Part shown: piece by piece, positions 9,752 through 18,327 of the stretch | Layout: every line of letters starts with the position of its first letter | Position numbering within the stretch: the first letter of the stretch is position 1 | Assembly: GCA_036138175.1 (NCBI GenBank) | Contig: JAZAAK010000043.1 | Span: 20,610 to 84,609 of the forward strand | Length of the DNA stretch: 64,000 nucleotides | From: Thermoplasmatota archaeon | Lineage (GTDB): Archaea; Thermoplasmatota; Poseidoniia; Poseidoniales; Thalassarchaeaceae | Direction of reading: 5' to 3' | The notes under the pieces: model-generated | Database searches by the model: none | Seen by the model: the letters and a program-made list of their open reading frames with translations, nothing else | Told to the model about the DNA's origin: nothing | Translations under genes and position numbers: made by a program

Positions 9752-10207
9752 GTGTCAGCGATGTCGACGGTTCCAGAAGCGTATCTCGCCCTAGCTGTGA
9801 TGACCCTTGTTGGCATAGGATTCCCAGTGATGAGCTTCGTCGCTTCTCGCTTCCTAAGGCCAACTCCGAGCGCTCATGATAACAACAAGTTGCGCTCGAT
9901 TTTACTCCCGGGTTATGAGACTGATCAGAGCCTATACGTTAGGCGAGAAAGCACTTACGAGTGCGGTGCGGATCCAGTGGGTGACGCTCACATCAATTTC
10001 CACTTCCAATACTATTGGTATGCCATTATCTTCCTTGTATTCGATATAGCATTCATGTTCCTAGCATTTGGAGGAGTAATCGCGATTCAAGATGCTGGCG
10101 GAGACATCGATATTTGGTCAGCGATGATTACCCTAACCGTATTCATCGTCTTGATGAGTCTTGGTGTATGGCACGTATTCCGCAAGCGCGGTCGAATTTA
10201 CATCTGA
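9752..10207 (+). CDS. nuoA: NADH-quinone oxidoreductase (complex I-like) subunit A
   Basis: Three TM helices and the motif YECGADP...FHFQYYWYAIIFLVFDIAFMFL typical of NuoA/ND3. First gene of the nuo operon. Confidence 0.9.
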   Translation: MSAMSTVPEAYLALAVMTLVGIGFPVMSFVASRFLRPTPSAHDNNKLRSILLPGYETDQSLYVRRESTYECGADPVGDAHINFHFQYYWYAIIFLVFDIAFMFLAFGGVIAIQDAGGDIDIWSAMITLTVFIVLMSLGVWHVFRKRGRIYI

Positions 10208-10216
10208 GGTGATTGA

Positions 10217-10813
10217 ATGAGCGAAGAACCCCAAAACTTCTCGGTTTTCAATAGTAGAATTCTCGTCGACACCGTAGGCGATGTGACCGATGAGGCTCTC
10301 AAGGCTAGCCGAATGAAGGAAGTGATCGGAGTACTTGGGGGTCGCCTATTCAACTGGGGTCAGCGAAAGTCCCTCTTCCCTCTTCACCTTGGAATCAAAT
10401 GCTGTGCCTTGGAAATGGCAGCTGCTGGAGCCAGTAGATTCGATGCAGAGCGATTTGGTGTATTCTTTCGCTCTAGTCCAAGGCAGTGTGATGTTCTATT
10501 GGTCAATGGACCAATTTCGAAGAAGTTTGCAGATCCAATTGTACGACTCTGGGAGCAAATGCCAGAGCCCAAATGGTGTATCGCAATGGGTGAGTGTGCA
10601 ATATCCGGTGGACCATACTTCCAGTCTTACAATATTCTCGAGGGTGTTGACACAGTAATTCCGGTTGATGTGTATATTCCAGGATGCCCTCCACGCCCAG
10701 AGGCATTGATTGATGGCTTTGGAAAATTGCGTGAGAAGATTATCCGCATCGGTGGGGTGCCTAGTGAAGTTCGGCCGATGAGCGAAGCACCGCTAATCGT
10801 CGGAGACGAGTAA
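10217..10813 (+). CDS. nuoB: Complex I subunit B (N2 Fe-S cluster subunit)
   Basis: Motifs GIKCCALEM, GECAISGGPY and IPGCPPRPEAL (the Cys ligands of cluster N2). Confidence 0.95.
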   Translation: MSEEPQNFSVFNSRILVDTVGDVTDEALKASRMKEVIGVLGGRLFNWGQRKSLFPLHLGIKCCALEMAAAGASRFDAERFGVFFRSSPRQCDVLLVNGPISKKFADPIVRLWEQMPEPKWCIAMGECAISGGPYFQSYNILEGVDTVIPVDVYIPGCPPRPEALIDGFGKLREKIIRIGGVPSEVRPMSEAPLIVGDE

Positions 10814-10826
10814 AGGAGGATTTTGA

Positions 10827-11483
10827 ATGGGTAAGAAAATCTCGGTAGCGGCTCAGCAGAAGGCAGCCGAGGAGTTAGCAAAGGCAATGTCTTCCTTCGA
10901 TGGAGTATCTGCTGAAATCGATAGCCGCTCAAGCGGAACACAAGTTCGCCATACAGTAAGTGCAACATCTACTCCTGAATCATGGAGGCAATTAGCAGAG
11001 GCCCTAGCAACAGACCATGCTGTTGACTACTGTTCAATGATTACCGGAATTCACTGGCCGGAGGCAGCCGACAAGACATGGGAGGTCGTCTATCACCTAA
11101 TGCGAACCGGAGTAAAAGATCCTGCAGCAATAGAAGGTGTAGTTCAACCAAATATCACCGATGCAGAATCTCTCACTGGTGCCGATATACCTATGGAGAT
11201 TCAGATTAGCATTTCACTACCTGATACACGAGAACCGATGGTCGCCTCTGTTCAAGACCTATGGGTTGGAGCTGATTGGAATGAGAAGGAAACTTGGGAC
11301 CTAGTTGGAATCGACTTTGAGGGTCATGAAGGAATGCGCCGCGTCCTCAATCCACATGAAACTCCAGTAGGGTATCATCCATTACAGAAGCAACACAAAT
11401 TGCGCTATCACGGATTTGAAGAAATGTACGATGATGCTCAAGGATTCATGAGGAAACCGGCTGATGCTGGTAAGATCAAGTAA
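10827..11483 (+). CDS. nuoC: Complex I subunit C (30-kDa subunit)
   Basis: ADWNEKETWDLVGIDFEGHEGMRRVL...GYHPLQK matches the NuoC signature (ERE..D..GI.F.GHP...PLRKD). GGAGG precedes the ATG. Confidence 0.85.
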   Translation: MGKKISVAAQQKAAEELAKAMSSFDGVSAEIDSRSSGTQVRHTVSATSTPESWRQLAEALATDHAVDYCSMITGIHWPEAADKTWEVVYHLMRTGVKDPAAIEGVVQPNITDAESLTGADIPMEIQISISLPDTREPMVASVQDLWVGADWNEKETWDLVGIDFEGHEGMRRVLNPHETPVGYHPLQKQHKLRYHGFEEMYDDAQGFMRKPADAGKIK

Positions 11484-11495
11484 GGAGGGATTCAG

Positions 11496-12632
11496 ATGGC
11501 AGAAATGTGGATTTCGATGGGCCCTCAACACCCAATGACTCACGGCCTTTGGACTCTGAAAGTCAAAGTCGATGGAGAAACTGTAGTCGATACCGAACCA
11601 GATTTGGGATACATCCATCGGGGTGTTGAGAAGATTTGTGAGGCACGTGACTTCACACAGATTACGACCTACTGTGATAGACTATGTTACGCTAGTGCAA
11701 ACACTTGGTCACACTCCTACATCTACGCCGCAGAAGACCTACTCGGTGTAGAAGTCCCTGAGCGAGCTGAATACATTCGCCTCATCGCAGTCGAGTTACA
11801 AAGAATCGCTAGCCACCTAATGTGGCTTGGTGCGTACGGTCCAGACATAGGTAATCTCTCGATTATGGTATGGTGCCTGCGTGAGCGTGAGATGATGATG
11901 GATTTACTCCAAGAGTTGGGTGGTTCAAGAATGCACTATAACTTCCCAAGAATAGGCGGAGTAAAACGAGATTTACCTCATGGATTCTCTCAGCGTGCTC
12001 AGGCGAAATTGAAGCTCTTCCTCAATCGAATTCAGGAATATGAGGCGCTATTTGATGAGAGCACAGTATTCCTTGTTAGAAGTCAAGGAGTAGGCTACGC
12101 CAAGCCTGAGGAAATGATCAATCACGGTGTCACCGGACCTAATGTTCGAGCCGCAGGTGTTGATTACGATGTTCGCTGGGCTCACCCTTACTCTGTTTAC
12201 AGCGAACTCGATTGGCAACCATCCGTCGAGCGTTCTTCAATCAAGGGTGCAGACTGTTATGACCGTTATCGAGTTCGAGTTGAAGAGATGCGAATGAGCG
12301 CATCAATGGTTCTCCAAGCACTCGATAAGATGCCGGGTGGCTCTGAAACGTATCACGAACCAGGAGATCCGAAGATTATCGCTAAAGCACCATCAAGAGC
12401 CCCTGAGGGGACCTACGGAAGCCATCACTTCGAAGATAGTAGAGGCGAATCGATGTTCTACATCGCAGGAGGAGGCGAAGGTCGAGGAAAGATGCCTTAT
12501 CGAGTTTCAATCCGTTCTCCAATGTTCATCACAATTCCTTATGCTGCAAAGTGTATGATTGGCTACAAAGTGGCCGACATTCCTGCGATTATGGGTTCAT
12601 TCGATCCATGTATTGGAGAAACCGACAGGTGA
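11496..12632 (+). CDS. nuoD: Complex I subunit D (49-kDa subunit)
   Basis: GPQHPMTHGLWTLKVKVDGETVVDTEPDLGYIHRGVEKICE and a C-terminal SFDPCIGETDR, both typical of NuoD/[NiFe]-hydrogenase-like large subunits. Confidence 0.95.
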   Translation: MAEMWISMGPQHPMTHGLWTLKVKVDGETVVDTEPDLGYIHRGVEKICEARDFTQITTYCDRLCYASANTWSHSYIYAAEDLLGVEVPERAEYIRLIAVELQRIASHLMWLGAYGPDIGNLSIMVWCLREREMMMDLLQELGGSRMHYNFPRIGGVKRDLPHGFSQRAQAKLKLFLNRIQEYEALFDESTVFLVRSQGVGYAKPEEMINHGVTGPNVRAAGVDYDVRWAHPYSVYSELDWQPSVERSSIKGADCYDRYRVRVEEMRMSASMVLQALDKMPGGSETYHEPGDPKIIAKAPSRAPEGTYGSHHFEDSRGESMFYIAGGGEGRGKMPYRVSIRSPMFITIPYAAKCMIGYKVADIPAIMGSFDPCIGETDR

Positions 12633-12638
12633 TTTACA

Positions 12639-14180
12639 ATGGCAGGAACTAGCGATTGGTTAGACGTCCGTGGCTGGATGGAGTCTATTGTCGGTTGGTC
12701 AATGGACCAAGTTCATGACTTACTACCTTCAAGTGATATTGGTTTGGGCCCATTAGGTTCTATCAATTTGCAAGGAGAATTTGCAAGTATTCAGGGTGCT
12801 CTCGAAACTTTCCTATTCACCACTATAATGTGTACAATTGTCTTTGCTACAATGATGCTCACCTTGATGGTGGTTCCATACATTGAGCGCAAATTCATAG
12901 CTAGATTGATGGACAGATTAGGTGCAACTACCAGCCTCAGAAGTTTGTGGATTGGCGAAGGCCATACGACCGCAGGCCAATGGTGGAATCAACTACCGTT
13001 TGGGATAGGTGCTCCAATTGGATGGGTAAACGGAATGCTGAACTCTAGCTTTGGAAACAAATCAAAGCACGTTGCAGTAGATCGCGTTCACAATAGAGGA
13101 TACCACGGAATTTGGTTCCTATTCCCCGGTTTCTTCCAAGCGCTAGCCGACTTCCTAAAGTTCGCTACCAAGGAACACATGGTCCCAACAAAGGCCGACA
13201 GATTGGTTTTCGAAACCGCTCCTGTAATCATTATTGCAACCACAATCATGGTCTATGCATTCATCCCATTCGGACCACACATATGGGCTGCTAACCCAGA
13301 GTTGTCATTGGTATTCATGATGGCAGTATTCGGAGTTGCACCACTCGGTGTTTTCTTCGCGGGTTGGTCGTCAAACAACAAGTACACACTCATTGGAGGA
13401 ATGAGGTCCGCGGCACAACTTACCGCTTACGAGATACCTTTACTGATTAGCGTCCTCGCTATTGCAGTAATTTCAGGCTCCTTCAATATTCTTGAAATAG
13501 TCGATTTCCAAATTGAGACAAGTAACACATGGAATCTCTTCATCATGCCTTTGGGTGCTGCATTATTCCTAATCACAATGATCGCCGAAGTTGAGCGTAT
13601 TCCATTCGATATGCCGGAGGCAGAGGCTGAATTGGTTGAGGGTTGGTGGACAGAATACGGCGGAATCCGTTGGGGACTTATGTTCGCTGTCGAAATGATG
13701 AGAGCCTACGCGGCTTGCATCCTCTTTGCACTATTCTTCCTAGGCGGTTGGCAATTACCATTCGAAGACACTTTGGTAGGCCTTCCGTATGTTGGAATCA
13801 TCTTTGATTTCCTTGCAAATGCAACACCTGGATTGGTAGTTTTACTCCTCAAGGCATACCTAATGTTTGCATTCTTCGTATGGGTTCGTGCATCCCTACA
13901 TCGTGTTCGTACCGACCAAATTCTTGAGTTTGGATGGCGCTGGCTCCTTCCAGCCTCGATGGTCAATCTTGCCGTAGCAATCTGGCTGCGCCTCGAGGTG
14001 TGGGATAGTACTGCAGCAGGGGGCTGGCCGATTTGGGCCGTCCCAGTTCTATTTGGTTCATTCATAGTCGCTTTCGTAGTCCTCGCCTTGGATGAGGATG
14101 AAGATGCGTTGGAACTGAATCGAAGGATGTACCACACACAGACCTTGGAGAAGGCGAGCCCAGGTACTCACAGAGACTAG
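12639..14180 (+). CDS. nuoH: Complex I subunit H, unusually long (513 aa) with N-terminal extension, loop insertion and C-terminal extension
   Basis: Core motifs YIERKFIARLMDRLG ... FFQALADFLKFATKEH ... EAEAELVEGWWTEYGG. About 67 extra residues (nt 12927-13127) sit between the first two motifs. Confidence 0.9.
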   Translation: MAGTSDWLDVRGWMESIVGWSMDQVHDLLPSSDIGLGPLGSINLQGEFASIQGALETFLFTTIMCTIVFATMMLTLMVVPYIERKFIARLMDRLGATTSLRSLWIGEGHTTAGQWWNQLPFGIGAPIGWVNGMLNSSFGNKSKHVAVDRVHNRGYHGIWFLFPGFFQALADFLKFATKEHMVPTKADRLVFETAPVIIIATTIMVYAFIPFGPHIWAANPELSLVFMMAVFGVAPLGVFFAGWSSNNKYTLIGGMRSAAQLTAYEIPLLISVLAIAVISGSFNILEIVDFQIETSNTWNLFIMPLGAALFLITMIAEVERIPFDMPEAEAELVEGWWTEYGGIRWGLMFAVEMMRAYAACILFALFFLGGWQLPFEDTLVGLPYVGIIFDFLANATPGLVVLLLKAYLMFAFFVWVRASLHRVRTDQILEFGWRWLLPASMVNLAVAIWLRLEVWDSTAAGGWPIWAVPVLFGSFIVAFVVLALDEDEDALELNRRMYHTQTLEKASPGTHRD

Positions 14181-14195
14181 ATTGGAGGTGAAGAA

Positions 14196-15179
14196 ATGGA
14201 TAAATCACAGCAGTATAACACTGGACACCCACACGCGGCTCCTAACTTCCGCAACCTGATTATCAAGCCAATGTGGATGACGATGAAAACGGCATTGCGA
14301 ACCGTTCCTTTCCTAGGAAGATTGGGTCTTTTGAAGAATAATTATCATGGTCAAGAAGTTACAATGACAGATGATTTTACACAAGCTAGAATTGGGGGCG
14401 ACCATCTTTCAGAAGGTCACACATATGCTGCTGATCGAGAGTCTACCGATCTCCTTCCTTTCCTTGAGCGACCTGTAACCGTCATGTACCCCTATGAACG
14501 ACTAGAGGACATGGAGCCATGGTTATTTGTTCCAGGAAATTACAACGGTAGGATTGGAATTGTTTGGGAAACTTGCACCGCTTGCAAGGCATGTGTCAAG
14601 GCTTGTCCAAATGACTGTCTACACATGACCTCTGAAGTTAGAGTCAACGTTCTTGACTTAGCCGAGGAAGACGACGAGTGGCATGGCTATGGGTTAGAAG
14701 TCGAGGCAGGTGGGTACGCCGCTAAGCCAAAAGAAGAGTTCGAAGAAATTGAGGAATTCGACTTGGTCAACGAGCATACCGCAGCCCCGCAGCAATATGA
14801 TTTCGCGGAAGTAATCGACATCTCCGGCGATACAGCAACCGTACGTTGGATGGACGGATCAGGTATCGAAGACATCTCAACCACTGAACTCAAGCCGGCG
14901 GAGACTGATATCGTCAGCGGTAGAATCGATATCGGTCGCTGTATGTTCTGTGGATTGTGTGCGGAAGCATGTCCGTTCGAATCATTCTTCATGACCAATG
15001 AGTATGATGGAATGTCTGGATACTCTCGTGAAGACCTATGGTTCGACGCAGATAGAACTCGTGTCCTTCCAGCAGTTCACCAAGAGCGAGTCGATATGGA
15101 ACTTGCAAAGCGCGCGAAGAAAGAGAAGGATAAGCGCGAAAGAAAGGCAGCTAGGGCCGCCAAGGAAGCGGAGGCTTGA
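14196..15179 (+). CDS. nuoI: Complex I subunit I (2x[4Fe-4S] ferredoxin-type), unusually long (327 aa)
   Basis: CTACKACVKACP and CMFCGLCAEACP cluster motifs are separated by 111 residues (insert at nt 14607-14939). Also an extended N-terminus and a Lys/Glu/Ala-rich C-terminal tail. Confidence 0.9.
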   Translation: MDKSQQYNTGHPHAAPNFRNLIIKPMWMTMKTALRTVPFLGRLGLLKNNYHGQEVTMTDDFTQARIGGDHLSEGHTYAADRESTDLLPFLERPVTVMYPYERLEDMEPWLFVPGNYNGRIGIVWETCTACKACVKACPNDCLHMTSEVRVNVLDLAEEDDEWHGYGLEVEAGGYAAKPKEEFEEIEEFDLVNEHTAAPQQYDFAEVIDISGDTATVRWMDGSGIEDISTTELKPAETDIVSGRIDIGRCMFCGLCAEACPFESFFMTNEYDGMSGYSREDLWFDADRTRVLPAVHQERVDMELAKRAKKEKDKRERKAARAAKEAEA

Positions 15180-15184
15180 TTCCG

Positions 15185-15454
15185 ATGGCTATTGATTTCG
15201 AGGCGGTTGCATTCGTCATTATGGCGCTTGTTGCTATCCTCGGAGCCCTGGGGTGTGTTTATGCAAGGAGAGTAGCCCATTCTCTTCTCTCGCTAATGAT
15301 GACATTCTTCGCCGTTGCTGGAGTAATGGTATTGGCTCACGCCGAGATGTTGGCGGCAATCCAGATTCTTGTTTACCTTGGTTCGGTAATGCTGGTGGTA
15401 CAGTTCGGAGTTATGTTAACTCGACGTCAAATACAGGAAGGCGATGTTGAATGA
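15185..15454 (+). CDS. nuoJ: Complex I subunit J, N-terminal half (split nuoJ, J1)
   Basis: Three TM helices. The ORF track starts at TTG 15176, overlapping the nuoI stop; ATG at 15185. Ends in an ATGA overlap with the next ORF. The two halves together equal a normal NuoJ of about 180 aa. Confidence 0.8.
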   Translation: MAIDFEAVAFVIMALVAILGALGCVYARRVAHSLLSLMMTFFAVAGVMVLAHAEMLAAIQILVYLGSVMLVVQFGVMLTRRQIQEGDVE

Positions 15455-15717
15455 GGTCAATGGGAATCATTGCTCGCTTAGGGGTATTCGCATTCGTCCT
15501 AATTCTTCTAAGAGAAGTAATGGATCATCCAATGTGGGGAGAATCCGCTGCCGGCGCTCCAACCACACTCGAATTTGCAGTATCAATACTCGATGATTGG
15601 GCACTTGTCACAGTTGTTCTCGGAATATTACTCTCGATGGCGATGATTGGCGCATCTTACCTAGTTCGTGACGAGCGCCTCGTCAACCTGCTCTACGACA
15701 TGGGAGGCGATGAGTGA
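15451..15717 (+). CDS. nuoJ: Complex I subunit J, C-terminal half (J2)
   Basis: 88-aa two-TM protein, translationally coupled on both sides (ATGA at 15451-15454). Lies between the J1 half and nuoK. Confidence 0.7.
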   Translation: MRSMGIIARLGVFAFVLILLREVMDHPMWGESAAGAPTTLEFAVSILDDWALVTVVLGILLSMAMIGASYLVRDERLVNLLYDMGGDE

Positions 15718-16019
15718 TGATTGAAGCAAGTTGGATCGCCGGTCTTGGCGTCATTCTCTTTGGTATCGGATTAATCGGAGTATTCAGCCGAAAGAATGCT
15801 ATCGTCGTTTTGATGTGCATCGAGGTCATGTTGAATGCAGCCAATCTCAACTTCGTTGCCGGAGCCTTGCATCATGGCTCGGTAGATGGATGGGTATTCA
15901 CTGCTGTTGCAATCGCAATAGCTGCCGCAGAAGTTGCAATCGGGCTTGCAATTCTACTTTCCTTGTACAGTACACAGGAAACAATTTCACTCGATGAAGC
16001 GACTTTATTGAGAAATTGA
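15714..16019 (+). CDS. nuoK: Complex I subunit K
   Basis: 101 aa with three TM helices. LMCIEVMLNAANLNFVA and a conserved membrane Glu (AAAEVAIGLAILL), typical of NuoK/ND4L. Start is GTG 15714 or ATG 15717. Confidence 0.9.
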   Translation: MMIEASWIAGLGVILFGIGLIGVFSRKNAIVVLMCIEVMLNAANLNFVAGALHHGSVDGWVFTAVAIAIAAAEVAIGLAILLSLYSTQETISLDEATLLRN

Positions 16020-16020
16020 G

Positions 16021-18327
16021 GTGATGAAAATGGGAGAAAACAAGCAGGAGTGGGATAGACTACTCTTCATTTTGCCGTTTTTGGCAATCGTACCATATCT
16101 CTACAGCATTGGAGAATCGTCAACTGATTATTGGTGGCTAATTATCGCCGCACCTTTGGTGTTCTTCGCAACGATTGCGATCGCAGGTCAGGTTTGGAAC
16201 GGTAACGAATTCTGGGTAAATCGCTTGAAGGAAGGTGGAATCTTAGGACTTGGAGCACTCAGCGTATCTCTTTCCGCTTCGATTTGGCTGATTTACGATT
16301 ATCTCGATGCCCATGGCCATATTGAATCCGGAGATCCATTCAGTTGGTTGACCTTCGATGTACTGACCTACGACTCGGAGGGGTGGTCGATTGCCTCTTC
16401 AGGATTCAGTGGAATTGGACTAGGAATATACCTCGATGCAGTTAGTATAATGCTGCTATTTGTTGCCACTTTTCTCTGCTTCCTCATCTGTTGGTTCGCA
16501 ATCGGATACATGACTACCGATTCAATTAATGATAACTCGAACCATCGTTTCTTCGCCGAGTTCGTTCTATTCAGCATGGGTATGTTTGGAATGGTCCTCG
16601 CAGACAACTTCCTTTGGTTATTCATCTTCTGGGAAATAATGGGTCTTTGTTCATATCTTCTTATCGGATTCTACTACTGGAAGGAAAGTGCTGCATACGC
16701 TGCAAAGAAGGCTTTCCTAACTACTCGCGTAGGTGATGTATTCCTAATGATTGGACTACTGATGCTGTATGATATATACGGTTCTCTAGACTTCGCAGTT
16801 GTCTTTGATGATCCATCAACAGGTGTAGGTGGAGCAGCGGTGGATGCTGCTATGTTGCAAACTGCACTACTGATGCTATTCATTGGAGCTGTAGGTAAGT
16901 CCGCTCAGTTCCCATTGCACGTCTGGCTACCTGATGCGATGGAAGGACCAACTCCGGTATCGGCCCTTATCCACGCTGCGACAATGGTCAATGCTGGATT
17001 GTATCTAGTCGCTCGAATGGTACCTTTCGTCGATGTTCATCATCATGGTGTGGCAGGAATGGAAGACCTGGGTCTGATCGTTGCATGGGTCGGTGGAATT
17101 ACTGCCTTCATGGCCGCAGCAATCGCCTTTGTGCAGAATGATATCAAGAAAGTGTTAGCATATTCCACGATGAGTCAATTGGCCTACATATTCACAGGAC
17201 TAGGAGCAGCTCTTTGGTTCTTCAATAACGACAAGCATCACGCAGGAGCTCTAATCTTCGGTGGTGCTCTATTCCATCTCTTCAATCACGCCATGGCAAA
17301 GGGAATGCTGTTCATGGCAAGCGGCTCAGTAATCCACGAAGTTCACCATGCTCACGACCATTTGCATCATGGAAATCATGGAGACCATCACTTCGACCCT
17401 CAAGATATGCGCAATATGGGTGGCTTGGCGAGCAAACTACCCGTTACAGCAACAGCGATGATGTTCGGGTCGATGTCAATTATTGGAATTCCATTAATCG
17501 GTGGATTCTGGTCAAAGGAAATTATCGTTGGAAAGACATGGTATGCTTACTTCAACGGAGCAGACGCATTGCTTGGACCGGCTATACTAATTCTAGCAAC
17601 TGCCGGTATGACCGGATTCTACATGTCACGAATGTGGTTCATGACCTTCGCTGGCGAGCCAAAGAACGAACTCGTAGACCACGTCCATGAAGAGACTCCT
17701 TGGATTAAGACTCCACTGGTTATTCTCTCAATAATAACTGCCCTAGGCGGTTTCGGACTCGCCCTCTATGGAATGGTAGATTGGCTATCAGGAGACGCTA
17801 CCCACCTGTCTATTCACAAGGAAACATTCGTCGAACAGGTAATTTACGAATTGGAACATGCATTCCTACCTGAGGACGAACAAGTCCGAATGATTGGCTG
17901 GACTACTATTCTGCTTTCATTCATCATTGGTCCAATATTTGCCGCCCGAGTATACGGTGGTTCACTCAAGCAAGGCGAGAAAGCAACACCAATAGTTCAC
18001 TGGCTAACCAGCCTATCTGGAAAGTTTGGTAGCCAGAATGTCGATGAATTAGCAAACTCACAATTTGCCGAGGCACTACAGAATAGACTGTATTTCGATG
18101 ACCTATACGAGTGGGTTCTAGGAAAGACGATTCTTCCATTCTCGGCTTTCGCCGCTTGGTTCGATGCTAACATAATCGATGGAGTAGTCAAGCAGATTGA
18201 ATCCAACTCTGTTTTCGGTTCCATACAAATTCGCAGAGTAACAACAGGTAATGCCCGCGACTACATTCTGATGGCTGCTATCGGGGCACTGTGTATATTC
18301 GCTCTAATTTGGGGGGTGAGCGCTTGA
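16021..18327 (+). CDS. nuoL: Complex I antiporter-like subunit L (768 aa) with a His-rich insertion
   Basis: Mrp/ND5 motifs FWEIMGLCSYLLIGF, GKSAQFPLHVWLPDAMEGPTPVSALIHAATMV and QDMRNMGGL. His-rich segment at 17335-17391. Confidence 0.95.
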   Translation: MMKMGENKQEWDRLLFILPFLAIVPYLYSIGESSTDYWWLIIAAPLVFFATIAIAGQVWNGNEFWVNRLKEGGILGLGALSVSLSASIWLIYDYLDAHGHIESGDPFSWLTFDVLTYDSEGWSIASSGFSGIGLGIYLDAVSIMLLFVATFLCFLICWFAIGYMTTDSINDNSNHRFFAEFVLFSMGMFGMVLADNFLWLFIFWEIMGLCSYLLIGFYYWKESAAYAAKKAFLTTRVGDVFLMIGLLMLYDIYGSLDFAVVFDDPSTGVGGAAVDAAMLQTALLMLFIGAVGKSAQFPLHVWLPDAMEGPTPVSALIHAATMVNAGLYLVARMVPFVDVHHHGVAGMEDLGLIVAWVGGITAFMAAAIAFVQNDIKKVLAYSTMSQLAYIFTGLGAALWFFNNDKHHAGALIFGGALFHLFNHAMAKGMLFMASGSVIHEVHHAHDHLHHGNHGDHHFDPQDMRNMGGLASKLPVTATAMMFGSMSIIGIPLIGGFWSKEIIVGKTWYAYFNGADALLGPAILILATAGMTGFYMSRMWFMTFAGEPKNELVDHVHEETPWIKTPLVILSIITALGGFGLALYGMVDWLSGDATHLSIHKETFVEQVIYELEHAFLPEDEQVRMIGWTTILLSFIIGPIFAARVYGGSLKQGEKATPIVHWLTSLSGKFGSQNVDELANSQFAEALQNRLYFDDLYEWVLGKTILPFSAFAAWFDANIIDGVVKQIESNSVFGSIQIRRVTTGNARDYILMAAIGALCIFALIWGVSA

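Noticed and set aside
15176-15717. nuoJ appears as two short ORFs, which could indicate a frameshifted pseudogene.
   Set aside because: The junction is a clean ATGA stop/start overlap, and both halves keep intact TM helices. Split nuoJ1/nuoJ2 is a known archaeal arrangement. No evidence of decay.
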